A stretch of DNA of 64,000 nucleotides from an uncultured virus (IMG/VR IMGVR_UViG_3300027229_000184) (Duplodnaviria > Heunggongvirae > Uroviricota > Caudoviricetes). Position 1 is the first letter of the stretch; each line of letters starts with the position of its first letter. Below are positions 10,860 to 20,662 of this stretch, in pieces. The notes below the pieces were generated by a model, which was given only the letters and a program-made list of their open reading frames with translations, was not told the DNA's origin and ran no database searches. Where the stretch lies: the IMG/VR virus record IMGVR_UViG_3300027229_000184; one strand, written 5' to 3'. The translations under genes were made by a program, and so were the position numbers.

Positions 10860-11212
10860 TTATGGGCTATCCTGACATGAAATGTATGTACATTACGATT
10901 TGGGTTCATCACATGCAGATTGATGAACTGTTTGATTTTATGACTAGTAGAATCGATATGCCACCTCCGTTTTGGTACAATCACGAAGAGTGTCCTTACA
11001 CGGTCACCGGCGGTTACACTGCAATCAATTTAACGTATGAAGCTTTTAGTCGATTAAGATCGATTAGAGATTGGGAGGATCCATTTGCCCAAGAGAGAAA
11101 TCATTTCGCTTCTTTTAGAGAAGAGTTAGAAGAAACTGAATGGGACGTTACATTGAGCGATGGTCTAGATCATCTCGGCGATGATTGGGAAGATTTCGTT
11201 GACGAACAATAA
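10856..11212 (+). CDS. Hypothetical protein
   Basis: ORF overlapping the previous stop. Confidence 0.7.
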   Translation: MIMGYPDMKCMYITIWVHHMQIDELFDFMTSRIDMPPPFWYNHEECPYTVTGGYTAINLTYEAFSRLRSIRDWEDPFAQERNHFASFREELEETEWDVTLSDGLDHLGDDWEDFVDEQ

Positions 11213-11241
11213 ACTTTTTATTTTTTTATCATATAATTTTA

Positions 11242-11271
11242 CCGGGTCGTGGGTTTTTGTTATATTAGCCC
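11242..11271 (+). promoter_or_regulatory. Early (host sigma) promoter, Bacteroidota-like; further copies with TATATT(A/T)(G/A) at 12372, 22261, 22569, 24742
   Basis: Repeated CGG(G/T)...TTG(T)-TATATT(AG/TA)CC motif resembling the TAnnTTTG -7 element. Confidence 0.7.
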
Positions 11272-11290
11272 TATAACCCAGCAAAAGAAT

Positions 11291-11554
11291 ATGGCAAAGA
11301 AAGCAAAAGCTAAACCAAAGGCAACGGTCACCAAACCAAAAATTGGCAACTGGTACACCTTCACGTTCGCAGGTGGACCTCTTCTAGGTATTTTAGATCA
11401 GAAGAACGACAAACTCACAAACCTTTATGGAGTTGCTTGGTTCTGGATGCGAGTTCCATCTAATAGGTCTTACAGTTCAGGAAGTCATACAGCACGTGAC
11501 GTCAGATACCCCGTTTCAATCTATAACATAATAGCAGAACATAATGTACAGTAA
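11291..11554 (+). CDS. Hypothetical protein
   Basis: Start moved to the ATG downstream of the promoter. Confidence 0.7.
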   Translation: MAKKAKAKPKATVTKPKIGNWYTFTFAGGPLLGILDQKNDKLTNLYGVAWFWMRVPSNRSYSSGSHTARDVRYPVSIYNIIAEHNVQ

Positions 11555-12263
11555 AGATCAGATTAAAAATATGCTGTTTCTAGACATTGAGACAACATCA
11601 GCGTGCGATACTATTGAAGAATACAACGCTCAGTTTCCAGGTGTCCAGGGTCACTGGGAAAAGAAACTGGGCTATATCAGGAAGGATAAAGCAGAGTATG
11701 TTGACATGGAAGCCGGTGAGGTCTATCAATTAGATTCGGCCCTGTACCCGGAGTTTGGTAAAGTCATCGTGGTATCGATTGGTCAGGTTGTTTTCGATGA
11801 CTTCGATAAGCCTCAATTCAAGGTTAAATCGTTCTATGGCGACAATGAGAAAGACGTTCTAGAGCAACTTATGGCTGCTCTATCGGCCTTATTCAGACGT
11901 GCTCCAGGGTTGAAGCTAGTTGGACATAATGTTAAAGGATTTGACGCTCCATTCTTGATTCGTCGATCTCTAATCAACAAGGTTACGGTTCCTCCTCAAC
12001 TTCACCTTCAAAACGTTAAACCCTGGGAGAACTGTCTTCTCGATACGGCAGAGATTTGGAAGTTTGGTTCTTGGAACGGTGCTTCACTGGCTCTGATCTG
12101 TGATTTACTGGGTATCCCTTCACCTAAGGAGAACATGTATGGCGGTGAAGTTGCTCGAGCTTATTGGCAAGGTCGACTAGAAGAGATCAAGGACTACTGT
12201 GAAGGTGACGTTCGAGCCACTGCAAATGTCATTTTATCAATGGGTCAGTACGAATTAGTGTAA
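11544..12263 (+). CDS. 3'-5' exonuclease, PolB-exo2/DnaQ-like
   Basis: LFLDIET, GHNVKGFD, YCEGDV (DEDD). Confidence 0.9.
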   Translation: MYSKDQIKNMLFLDIETTSACDTIEEYNAQFPGVQGHWEKKLGYIRKDKAEYVDMEAGEVYQLDSALYPEFGKVIVVSIGQVVFDDFDKPQFKVKSFYGDNEKDVLEQLMAALSALFRRAPGLKLVGHNVKGFDAPFLIRRSLINKVTVPPQLHLQNVKPWENCLLDTAEIWKFGSWNGASLALICDLLGIPSPKENMYGGEVARAYWQGRLEEIKDYCEGDVRATANVILSMGQYELV

Positions 12264-12401
12264 TAGAAATGAGAATTACAGAAATTACTCCAAATGAAGA
12301 GATCATGTAAGTTTTTTTAGTCCGGGTTGAAAAAAGTTCAACCCGGATTTTTTTATCTCGGGTTTTTGTTGTATATTAGCCTTATAATTAAAAGAAGATC
12401 T

Positions 12402-12713
12402 ATGAAGATGTTTAAAAAAGACGGTAAGACCGCGGTTTTAGTAAGCCCACCATTCGGCGCTGGATTTAGCACTTGGAATTCTCCAGAAATGGCAATTGAC
12501 TTTGATTTGATTGACGCATTCCTCGCAGGTGATATTTCTCGATTTGAATACATTCTCACTGAAAAATACGATAATGAAGGTAGCTTATACTTTACAGGCT
12601 TTGAAAAACTTCATGTTGTGTGGGTTGAAGAAGGACAAAAGTTTCGAATTAACGAATACGATGGTTCCGAAAATGTAGAAGTGTTTAACGAAGCCGATTG
12701 GTTTGTAGCATGA
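12402..12713 (+). CDS. Hypothetical phage protein
   Basis: AVLVSPPFGAGFSTWN...FRINEYDGSE, a motif I recognise from phage proteins. Confidence 0.7.
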   Translation: MKMFKKDGKTAVLVSPPFGAGFSTWNSPEMAIDFDLIDAFLAGDISRFEYILTEKYDNEGSLYFTGFEKLHVVWVEEGQKFRINEYDGSENVEVFNEADWFVA

Positions 12714-12928
12714 TCGAGATTGTAGGTTATATTGCAACGTTCTTGGTGATGATGTCTTTTGTAATGAAGGATGTCACTCGCCTTCGAATCATTAATGCAA
12801 TTGGATGCACAGCGTGGATAGCGTATGGTGTAATGTTGGAATCCAATCCGGTTATCATCACTAACATTGGCATCCTAGCCATTAATGGCGGACATCTTTT
12901 AAGAACTTTTTTGAAAAACAGGGTATAA
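12710..12928 (+). CDS. Small membrane protein (YgjV/PQ-loop-like)
   Basis: Three hydrophobic segments, LRIINAIG...YG. Confidence 0.7.
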   Translation: MIEIVGYIATFLVMMSFVMKDVTRLRIINAIGCTAWIAYGVMLESNPVIITNIGILAINGGHLLRTFLKNRV

Positions 12929-12947
12929 TAAATTTAAACACAATAAA

Positions 12948-13175
12948 ATGGGAAAAGGAACAATTGGCCAAAGCCACACCGATCGAGCAGCTGACAAGAT
13001 GGACAAGTTCATGAGCAAGAACAAAACCAAAGCACCAAAGTTGCGCACCTTACTTGAACAATTCCAGGACATGTATCCTAATACATGGCGTCAAGAACTT
13101 GAAAAGACTCGTAATGAGCCAAAACCATGGGATCCTGACTTTAAAAAGAAAGGTCCATGGACATCTGAAAAATAA
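12948..13175 (+). CDS. Hypothetical protein
   Basis: ORF with upstream promoter and A-rich leader. Confidence 0.7.
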   Translation: MGKGTIGQSHTDRAADKMDKFMSKNKTKAPKLRTLLEQFQDMYPNTWRQELEKTRNEPKPWDPDFKKKGPWTSEK

Positions 13176-13234
13176 GTTGAAACTTTTTCATGGAAGAGTT
13201 TCGTTCTCACCTAGGAAAATTCAATATATAAGAT

Positions 13235-13546
13235 ATGTTTGAAGATCAAGACGATTTCGATTTTAACGACAGTGGTTCACAGAATATTGACCACATCATT
13301 CAAAACTGGCAGCGCATGATGATGCGTCGCCTGGTTGAAGAGAACTTTGAAAAGTTGTCAAACCAGGGTATTGATGGTGAGCAGGTAAAGATGTGGGACA
13401 AGATTCAGATTGAAACCCTGATTGAAACTTTTAACTACATGATTTCCGAGTTCGAAGAAGAGGAAGAGTACGAAAAGTGTGCTGTTCTAACTCAAGCTCG
13501 TCAAGCACTAATTGATCGACGAGCCTTTCAACCTCAGAATATATAA
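13235..13546 (+). CDS. Hypothetical protein with UVR-like EEYEKC motif
   Basis: FEEEEEYEKCAVL. Confidence 0.65.
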   Translation: MFEDQDDFDFNDSGSQNIDHIIQNWQRMMMRRLVEENFEKLSNQGIDGEQVKMWDKIQIETLIETFNYMISEFEEEEEYEKCAVLTQARQALIDRRAFQPQNI

Positions 13547-13549
13547 GGT

Positions 13550-13699
13550 ATGAAACACCAAGACCCTCGTTTAGAAAGAATCCGCCTTTATCAGGGCTCA
13601 ATCAAAGATCTTACTGATTTCATTAAATCAAAGGAAGCTGAAACAAAGGCCGCACAGGGATCTATAAATCCAAATAGCAACCTAAAAGATCAGCAATGA
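13550..13699 (+). CDS. Small hypothetical protein (49 aa)
   Basis: MKHQDPRLERIRLYQG..., coupled to neighbours. Confidence 0.55.
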   Translation: MKHQDPRLERIRLYQGSIKDLTDFIKSKEAETKAAQGSINPNSNLKDQQ

Positions 13700-13875
13700 A
13701 TGATGAAATGTTAATGATTCTAGAGCGAATTGCTTCAGCGCTAGAACGTCAAAATCAGTTGATGGAAAATCAAGAGTTGCGCCAGCGTAAGTTGGACCGT
13801 GCAACTTATGAGAACCTGAAAGTTGACGCCAAGAAAGTCATCAAGTCAAGTCCTATTATTAATAAAGAAGGATGA
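13696..13875 (+). CDS. Small coiled-coil hypothetical protein (59 aa)
   Basis: [20 protein letters not shown]..., ATGA overlaps at both ends. Confidence 0.6.
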   Translation: MNDEMLMILERIASALERQNQLMENQELRQRKLDRATYENLKVDAKKVIKSSPIINKEG

Positions 13876-14693
13876 CCCTATATGACGTTTTAGGGGTCAC
13901 TCAGCATGCTGATAAGGAAACAATCAAAAAAGCGTATCGGGACCTTGCTAAAAAGTATCATCCTGATGCGAATCAAGGGGATACTACAGCTGAGGAAAAG
14001 TTTAAAGAAATTTCAACAGCTTATTCAACTCTCAGCGATGATACCGAACGCATCAAATACGATGCCAGTCTGGTTAATCCATTCATGGGCCAAAATGGAT
14101 TTGGCGCAGATGGTAATTTCTCTGACTTATTCAATCAATTCTTTGGAGGTGATCCTCGCCAACGTCGAGGACAGGACATTCGAGTTACAATGACTCTACC
14201 GTTTGAAGATGCGTTCAAAGGAGGAATGAGAACCATTAACATTAATGGTCAAAACATTGACGTTCGATTGATTCCAGGTATTAAGACTGGCATGAAGTTC
14301 AAACTTCCTGGCAAAGGCCAAATCAATCCATATAACCCAACGGCTGGTCCTGGAGACCTGATTGTTGAGTTTGAAGTCCTAATGAATTCGCGCTTCATCC
14401 TACGAGGTGATGATATTTACATCGGTTATGACATACCATGGTGGGACCTTGTAGTTGGTACAAAAATTCAAGTTGACACCATGGATGGAAGATCTATTAA
14501 GGTTTCCGTTCCAGTCAATAGTTTTCACGGTAAGACTTTAAGAATTAAAGATCATGGGTGGCCAATATATAATACAAATCAACGCGGTTCCATGATGATT
14601 CAATTAAATGCTTCTTACCCGAATCTGAATCAACAACAAATCGAAGAGGTTCAAAAAATGAAGGATAAAATCAATGAATTGGAAGGACGGTGA
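13872..14693 (+). CDS. dnaJ: DnaJ/CbpA-class co-chaperone (no zinc finger)
   Basis: J domain with YHPD, G/F linker, C-terminal GDL. Confidence 0.92.
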   Translation: MTLYDVLGVTQHADKETIKKAYRDLAKKYHPDANQGDTTAEEKFKEISTAYSTLSDDTERIKYDASLVNPFMGQNGFGADGNFSDLFNQFFGGDPRQRRGQDIRVTMTLPFEDAFKGGMRTININGQNIDVRLIPGIKTGMKFKLPGKGQINPYNPTAGPGDLIVEFEVLMNSRFILRGDDIYIGYDIPWWDLVVGTKIQVDTMDGRSIKVSVPVNSFHGKTLRIKDHGWPIYNTNQRGSMMIQLNASYPNLNQQQIEEVQKMKDKINELEGR

Positions 14694-14925
14694 TAGTGCG
14701 GGTTTCTTTTCGTATTTGATGGACCTATCGACGGTCTCAAAAGATGCGATGTACCAAGCCCTATATAATACCCTGATTGAAAATCACGAGAAAATCCTAA
14801 ATCAAAATAACGTTCCACGTCAAGAAGTTGAAAACGCTTTAGACAACTTAATCCAGTGGTTCGAACAAAAAGAAAGATACGAACAGTGTCAAAAAATAAA
14901 ACAGATTAAAGAATGCTTAAGATAG
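14674..14925 (+). CDS. Hypothetical protein with UVR-like ERYEQC motif
   Basis: [14 protein letters not shown]. Confidence 0.65.
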   Translation: MNWKDGDSAGFFSYLMDLSTVSKDAMYQALYNTLIENHEKILNQNNVPRQEVENALDNLIQWFEQKERYEQCQKIKQIKECLR

Positions 14926-15107
14926 ACGTTAAAAACGGTAACATCGAACAAGCTCTTAAGAAATACAAGTCAAAGGTCATTAAGACCCGTCAGTTGAAAA
15001 GTCTTCGTGAAAAACAAGACTACATCAAGCCAACGACTGAAAGACGTATTAAGAAGCTTAAGATAAAGAAAACCCAACAGTGGTTAAAGAATAACGGACA
15101 ATTGTAA
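14913..15107 (+). CDS. rpsU: Ribosomal protein bS21
   Basis: [19 protein letters not shown]...LREKQDYIKPT.ERR. Confidence 0.9.
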   Translation: MLKIDVKNGNIEQALKKYKSKVIKTRQLKSLREKQDYIKPTTERRIKKLKIKKTQQWLKNNGQL

Positions 15108-15197
15108 TATCTTATTTAAAGTTTGAATTTGGCAACCGTATCACTTGATACAAAATATATACCATAACACACAAATTCAAACAAAGAGGAGAACACA

Positions 15198-15458
15198 ATG
15201 TCATTCGAGATTTCAAACGAGGAGAAAGACTCTCTGATGAGAGCAGCATATTATACCTTGACTCGTAATTTCACCAAGACAGTCAACAGGTTTGTTGTAT
15301 TTAAGGACGGAGAGAATGTCGTTGAAATCCCTCATGGCATTGGTCAAAGATCTAAGTTTATCGATGTATTGGTGAATTATTTTGAAGATCTTGAAGAATA
15401 TGAGAAATGTGACAAGCTTGTAAAACTGAAGGAACTGGTCATAATGGCCGGTGACTAA
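15198..15458 (+). CDS. Hypothetical protein with UVR-like EEYEKC motif
   Basis: YFEDLEEYEKCDKL. Confidence 0.65.
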   Translation: MSFEISNEEKDSLMRAAYYTLTRNFTKTVNRFVVFKDGENVVEIPHGIGQRSKFIDVLVNYFEDLEEYEKCDKLVKLKELVIMAGD

Positions 15459-15472
15459 ACAAAGTACATAAA

Positions 15473-16165
15473 ATGGCAGAACGAAACGGTCAATCCAGCC
15501 GCAGAGTTTTTGACGGAACAAGCCTTAAGGGAGTTCAACTTCGTCAAACTCAGCAACAATACTTACATACCATTAACGATAATCAAATTACATTCTGTTA
15601 CGGTCCAGCCGGAACATCAAAAACTTACACGGCATGTTATGCCGCTCTAAAAATGTTGGAAGCAAAGGAGATTGAAAGGGTCATTCTTTGTAAGCCAATT
15701 CAGGAAGCCGGCGAAAAGCTTGGTTTTCTTCCAGGTGAGGTAGACGAAAAGATCGCTCCTTACATTCAATCTTATAAGTCAAACATTGAAAAGATCATTG
15801 GGCCTGAAAAGACCAAGATCATGTTTGAAAAGAAAATCTTTGACTTTGAACCCTTAGCGTACATGAGAGGTAACACCTACGATAATGCGCTGATGATTCT
15901 AGATGAGGCCCAAAACGCCGATTACAAACAGTTGATGCTATTTGTTACTCGTATGGGTAAAGATTCTAAAGTTGTGGTTGCAGGCGATGTTTCTCAACAT
16001 GACATTATTAAGTCAAAGGTTTCTCTACCTTCATTCATGGATATGCTAAGAGGAATCAAAGGTGTTGGTTTTCATGTGTTCGGCGAAAAAGATATTGTTC
16101 GCGCTAAAATTCTACAAGAGATCGTTAACAAGTACGACAAGTGGAAAGTCGACAATAACAAGTAA
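15473..16165 (+). CDS. phoH: PhoH-family ATPase
   Basis: GPAGTSKT, LGFLPG, AYMRG, LDEAQN, GDVSQHD. Confidence 0.95.
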   Translation: MAERNGQSSRRVFDGTSLKGVQLRQTQQQYLHTINDNQITFCYGPAGTSKTYTACYAALKMLEAKEIERVILCKPIQEAGEKLGFLPGEVDEKIAPYIQSYKSNIEKIIGPEKTKIMFEKKIFDFEPLAYMRGNTYDNALMILDEAQNADYKQLMLFVTRMGKDSKVVVAGDVSQHDIIKSKVSLPSFMDMLRGIKGVGFHVFGEKDIVRAKILQEIVNKYDKWKVDNNK

Positions 16166-16189
16166 ACTTTTTACATATACGTTGTATAA
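16163..16189 (+). promoter_or_regulatory. Representative phage promoter (G/T)AAAC-N17-TATAA (>=17 copies in the window)
   Basis: Fixed-spacing motif upstream of many genes; see findings. Confidence 0.8.
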
Positions 16190-16206
16190 GATCTAAATTA
16201 TCTTAT

Positions 16207-16836
16207 ATGACTACCGGTAAGCACATTCTTTTAAAGTCCACCTACCATGAATCTGGTGTAGAGGTTGGAGTTGATGAAGCTGGTCGTGGGGCTCTTGCTG
16301 GTCCAGTGACAGTTGCAGCGTGTATCATGCCTCCAGGCTTTCAACATGAATTGATTCGAGATTCAAAATTGCTTAATGAAGGTCAACGTGCCGAGGCACG
16401 TAAGATGGTCCTTGACAATGTCCTGGCGTATCATATCGAGCACATTTCAATCGAAGATATTGAGAACTATAACATCTTGAATGCTACCCTAAAAGGCATG
16501 GAAATCTGCCTGACAGAGGTTCACAAGAAGATTATGTTTGACTTTATCACCATTGACGGTGATCAGTTTCATGGTTTTCATGGAGTTCCTTTCGTTTGTG
16601 TAGTTGGCGGAGACAACAAATACGTTAACATTGCAGCTGCATCAATCTTGGCTAAAACTGAGCGAGACAACCTGATGCGTGAGCTGTCAAAGGAAGAGCC
16701 CGAATACGGTTGGGCTTCAAACAAGGGTTACGGTTCTGCTCAGCATCGTAATGCCATTGTATCTGAAGGTGCTAGCAAGCACCACCGTATGTCATTCATC
16801 AGTCACATGTTGACTACAACCTCTTCATTGTTTTGA
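16207..16836 (+). CDS. rnhB: Ribonuclease HII
   Basis: GVDEAGRGALAGPV, DSK, IDG, IAAASILAK, KGYG. Confidence 0.95.
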   Translation: MTTGKHILLKSTYHESGVEVGVDEAGRGALAGPVTVAACIMPPGFQHELIRDSKLLNEGQRAEARKMVLDNVLAYHIEHISIEDIENYNILNATLKGMEICLTEVHKKIMFDFITIDGDQFHGFHGVPFVCVVGGDNKYVNIAAASILAKTERDNLMRELSKEEPEYGWASNKGYGSAQHRNAIVSEGASKHHRMSFISHMLTTTSSLF

Positions 16837-17177
16837 AGCTGTTCTGGGGTTTCTTGTTGTTCATGTTAGGCCAATCGTTGATTTGGATTCAAACTAATGG
16901 TCAATTCATTTGGCCCTGGTTTAAGAAGCATCCAATTGCGGTTTCAATTATCACAGGTTCAGTCATTTCTTACATTGTCATTTACGCCACTCGAATGGTA
17001 GTTGAACACTTTGATGGAGTGTTGTGGCCTGGTCGATTCATTGGTTTTTCCAGCGGCATGATTGTGTTTGCACTAATGACATGGGCATTTATGGGAGAAG
17101 GTGTTAATGTTAAGACTGGCATTTCATTGGTGCTAGCATTAGCGCTAATATTCGTTCAAATCTTTGTTAAGGCGTGA
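16833..17177 (+). CDS. Membrane protein (4 TM, DMT/SMR-like)
   Basis: Hydrophobic profile. Confidence 0.65.
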   Translation: MKLFWGFLLFMLGQSLIWIQTNGQFIWPWFKKHPIAVSIITGSVISYIVIYATRMVVEHFDGVLWPGRFIGFSSGMIVFALMTWAFMGEGVNVKTGISLVLALALIFVQIFVKA

Positions 17178-17386
17178 TAGATTTCCCTCAGAACTTCTTT
17201 TATGCTGGAGCACTTGCAACTGTAAGTAGATGGTTACGTCATCGCTCTAAAAAGAAGCATCCTGAAAAAGAACGAGTAGAGGTTCACCTACCCGAATGGT
17301 CTAAATTCCTGATCTATTGGGTTATTATGTACGTGTGGTGCGAATTTGTTGATGCTCTATTTTGGGTGCTGTTCCACGTAAAATGA
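17174..17386 (+). CDS. Hypothetical membrane protein
   Basis: GTG-start ORF overlapping the previous stop. Confidence 0.55.
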   Translation: MIDFPQNFFYAGALATVSRWLRHRSKKKHPEKERVEVHLPEWSKFLIYWVIMYVWCEFVDALFWVLFHVK

Positions 17387-17416
17387 AACAATTAAACCAC
17401 AACAAATATAATCACC

Positions 17417-18220
17417 ATGCCAGAGTTAGCAGAGCTTAAAATCACCGCCGATTACATCAATGAGATGTGCGAAGGTCTTACCTTTCAGAGGATTGAAAAG
17501 AATCCTCAACACAAGGGTGAGAAGGTTGAAGTTCCATTTCATAAGTTTACCGTATCTGCCAAGAGCAGGGGTAAAGAATTAATGCTAACTCTGTCAGATG
17601 GCCTTTCAAGGGGTAATTCAACCACATTGCTAATGACAATGGGAATGAGCGGATACTTTAAGCTGGTTCCTCTGAACGAGATCCCAAAACATGCACATCT
17701 AATCTTTTATGCACATGGTTCAGTTGCCTTGTGTTTTGTGGATGTTCGTCGATTTGGTAAGTGGAAGAAAACACTCAACTGGTCAGATAATCGAGGCCCA
17801 GATCCAACCGCAGATTACGAATCATTTTTTAAGAACATTGACCGTCACATCCTATCAAAGGAGTTTAAGAAGCCCATTCACGAGGTGATGATGAATCAAA
17901 AGTACTTTAATGGCATTGGTAACTATCTTCGAGCAGAGATCCTGTATCGAGCTGATGTGAATCCATTCCTTTCAACTAAGGATGCAATTGAACAGGGGCC
18001 CGAAATTCTGGAATTGTGTCGAAGAATACCCTTAGAAGCCTATAAACTCGGAGGAGGTTCAATCAAAGACTGGGAGAACCCTTACAACATTCAACCCCAA
18101 AACTGGGACGAGTTTATGCTATGTTATGGAAATCCAGCAATGGATAACATCATAGACAGGAACGGTCGTAGATTCTGGTTTAATCCAAAATGGTCAAAAC
18201 AACATGAGCACATATCATAA
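17417..18220 (+). CDS. Fpg/Nei DNA glycosylase (zinc-less, NEIL1-like)
   Basis: N-terminal MPE, RGKE, D.RRFG, H2TH FNGIGNYLRAEIL, C-terminal DRNGR without a Cys4 finger. Confidence 0.9.
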   Translation: MPELAELKITADYINEMCEGLTFQRIEKNPQHKGEKVEVPFHKFTVSAKSRGKELMLTLSDGLSRGNSTTLLMTMGMSGYFKLVPLNEIPKHAHLIFYAHGSVALCFVDVRRFGKWKKTLNWSDNRGPDPTADYESFFKNIDRHILSKEFKKPIHEVMMNQKYFNGIGNYLRAEILYRADVNPFLSTKDAIEQGPEILELCRRIPLEAYKLGGGSIKDWENPYNIQPQNWDEFMLCYGNPAMDNIIDRNGRRFWFNPKWSKQHEHIS

Positions 18221-18809
18221 ATGGCGCACAGTCTTTGTGCAAATCCCAAAGAACGCCTCAACTTCAATTCATTCGGTTTTAAGCAATCCAACGGATTGCG
18301 ATAACCATGAACATGAAATGTACATTGAAACTCTATCTAAGAACGATCCTGAGCTGATTGAAAGTTACTTTTCTTTTGCATGTGTTCGAAACCCATACGA
18401 TCGATTTGTATCTAACTTTGAGTATTATCGAGATCCAGATAATGATTATAGATGGTCTGTTGAATTTGAAGATGTGGTTAAGATGTTTTATGAAAGAGGC
18501 AGATTCTTTTATACCACTGAAAATAGACACTGGTGGCCTCAAGCCCGTTTCATTGCCATCAAAAAGAACATATTAGTTGATAAAATTATTAGGTTTGAAA
18601 CCCTAGATAAAGAATGGCCAGAAATAGTTGATGAAATTAAAAACAACATTCCTGAAGGATTTTCAACACCTGCTAGATCAATGTGCAAATCTAACATAAC
18701 ACTACATCGAGAAGGAAGACACTGGGAAGAGTATTACACACCAGAAACCAAGAAAATGGTTTACGAATTATACAAAAGAGATTTTGAAACGTTTAATTAC
18801 GAAAAATGA
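18204..18809 (+). CDS. Sulfotransferase family 2
   Basis: FVQIPKNASTSI, VRNPYDRFVS, YKRDFETFNY. Confidence 0.85.
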   Translation: MSTYHKWRTVFVQIPKNASTSIHSVLSNPTDCDNHEHEMYIETLSKNDPELIESYFSFACVRNPYDRFVSNFEYYRDPDNDYRWSVEFEDVVKMFYERGRFFYTTENRHWWPQARFIAIKKNILVDKIIRFETLDKEWPEIVDEIKNNIPEGFSTPARSMCKSNITLHREGRHWEEYYTPETKKMVYELYKRDFETFNYEK

Positions 18810-19252
18810 TAGAAGGAGATAAGAAATACGACATTGTAGTTGTAAGTGGTGGATTTGACCCAGTTCATAAGGGTCACGTCCGAATGTTTAACACTGCCAA
18901 AGAGATTGGTCATAAAGTAATTGCGGGAGCTAATTCAGACGGTTGGTTGGTTCGCAAGAAGGGTAAAGCTTTCATGAATTTTGCAGAACGAGCAGAGATC
19001 TTACGATCTTTTCGTTCGATCGATGAAGTGATGGCGTTTAACGACGATGATGATTCAGCAATCAATCTATTAGTTCGAGTTCAAACGATGTATCCTGAGT
19101 GTACGATTGCATTTGCAAACGGAGGTGATAGAGTTAAAAATAACACTCCAGAATCAGGATTCTGCTCGGCTTATAAGATCGATATGTTGTGGAACATTGG
19201 AGGTGAAAAGATTCAATCTTCATCTGACTTAATTAATGCAGCTAAAGATTAA
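18806..19252 (+). CDS. Cytidylyltransferase-like nucleotidyltransferase (RfaE/TagD-like)
   Basis: SGGFDPVHKGH, FANGGDR, KIQSSS. Confidence 0.9.
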   Translation: MIEGDKKYDIVVVSGGFDPVHKGHVRMFNTAKEIGHKVIAGANSDGWLVRKKGKAFMNFAERAEILRSFRSIDEVMAFNDDDDSAINLLVRVQTMYPECTIAFANGGDRVKNNTPESGFCSAYKIDMLWNIGGEKIQSSSDLINAAKD

Positions 19253-19283
19253 ACAAAACACCCATCAATGGGTATAATTTAAG

Positions 19284-20168
19284 ATGAAAGTATTAGTAAC
19301 AGGTGGTTCAGGTTTTGTGGGTTCAAACCTAATCAAGGCACTTTTAAAGAAGTATAAAGACATTCAGATTCAATCTGTAGACAACTATATGAGTGGATCT
19401 AAATCAAATGAAGTTAACGATTCTCGTGTAACATACTTTGATATTTCAACATATAGATTACTGAACGATAGAGAACGGCAGTATTGGTTAGATCAAAAGT
19501 TTGATGTGGTGTTTCACTTTGGTGAGTTTGCACGTATTGATGTATCTTTTGACCAACCTGAACAGGTGTGGGAATCTAACCTTGATGGAACCACTCAAAT
19601 CCTTGAACTGTGTCGTCACTGGGGAGCTAAGTTGATCTATTCAGCTTCAAGCTCAAAGTTTGGTCGTAACGGTTCACTTGAAAACCTTTCACCTTACGCT
19701 TGGTCAAAGGCTAAGATGGTCGAACTAATCAAGAACTACGCCGAATGGTACGGTCTTCGATACGAGATCTGTTACTTCTTTAACGTATACGGCAAGGGTC
19801 AAATCGAGAAAGGTCCTTACGCTACCGTCGTTGGAATCTTTGAACGACTTCGCCGTGAAGGTAAAGAACTAACTGTAACTGAACCCGGAACTCAAACTCG
19901 AGATTTCACCCACATTGATGACATCGTATCAGGTTTGATCGCAGCTTATGAAAACGGTAATCAAGGAGAATGGTTCCTTCGCAGAGGTCAACCTTACACG
20001 ATTGTTGAACTTGCACAGATGTTTGAATCTGACTGGAAGTTTATTCCTGAAAAAAGAGGTGAACGTAAGGAAGCGATTGAGATTCCGAACAATACAACCG
20101 AAACTTTAGGTTGGCAAGCAACACAAGATCTGAAACAATATATCCAAACTGAGGTATTAAATAAATGA
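19284..20168 (+). CDS. NAD-dependent epimerase/dehydratase
   Basis: VTGGSGFVGS, YAWSK, FNVYG, RDFTHIDD. Confidence 0.9.
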   Translation: MKVLVTGGSGFVGSNLIKALLKKYKDIQIQSVDNYMSGSKSNEVNDSRVTYFDISTYRLLNDRERQYWLDQKFDVVFHFGEFARIDVSFDQPEQVWESNLDGTTQILELCRHWGAKLIYSASSSKFGRNGSLENLSPYAWSKAKMVELIKNYAEWYGLRYEICYFFNVYGKGQIEKGPYATVVGIFERLRREGKELTVTEPGTQTRDFTHIDDIVSGLIAAYENGNQGEWFLRRGQPYTIVELAQMFESDWKFIPEKRGERKEAIEIPNNTTETLGWQATQDLKQYIQTEVLNK

Positions 20169-20638
20169 AACTCGTTTTAGTAGGTAAAGCAGCTGCAGGT
20201 AAAGACCACCTTAGAAAGCGTTTGATTGAACGTGGATTTAAGTTTGGTGTTTCTTGTACCACTCGTCCTCCTCGAGTAGGAGAACAAAATGGTAAAGACT
20301 ATTTCTTTTTGACTGAAGATCAGTTCTTAGGGCTGATTAACACAGGTGACATGATCGAGTACCAACAATTTAACGGTTGGTTTTACGGTTTAACTCGTGA
20401 AGAATTTGAGAATAGCGAGGTTATCATCCTAAACCGTGAAGCGGTCGATATGCTACCTGAAGAAATCAGACTTAAGTGTATGGTTATGTTTCTTGATATT
20501 GATAGGGACACCCGTCTTGAAAGAATGAAAGAACGAAACGATACAGTTGATAGCTTAGAGCGTAGAATTAATGCCGATGAGCAACAATATGTTGGTTTCG
20601 AAAATTTTGATGTCCGTGTAACAAATCCGGACTTTTGA
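20165..20638 (+). CDS. gmk: Guanylate kinase-like
   Basis: GKAAAGKD, TTRPPR.GE..GKDYFF, YG. Confidence 0.85.
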   Translation: MKLVLVGKAAAGKDHLRKRLIERGFKFGVSCTTRPPRVGEQNGKDYFFLTEDQFLGLINTGDMIEYQQFNGWFYGLTREEFENSEVIILNREAVDMLPEEIRLKCMVMFLDIDRDTRLERMKERNDTVDSLERRINADEQQYVGFENFDVRVTNPDF

Positions 20639-20662
20639 TATATAAAATCTAAATCACTTAAC

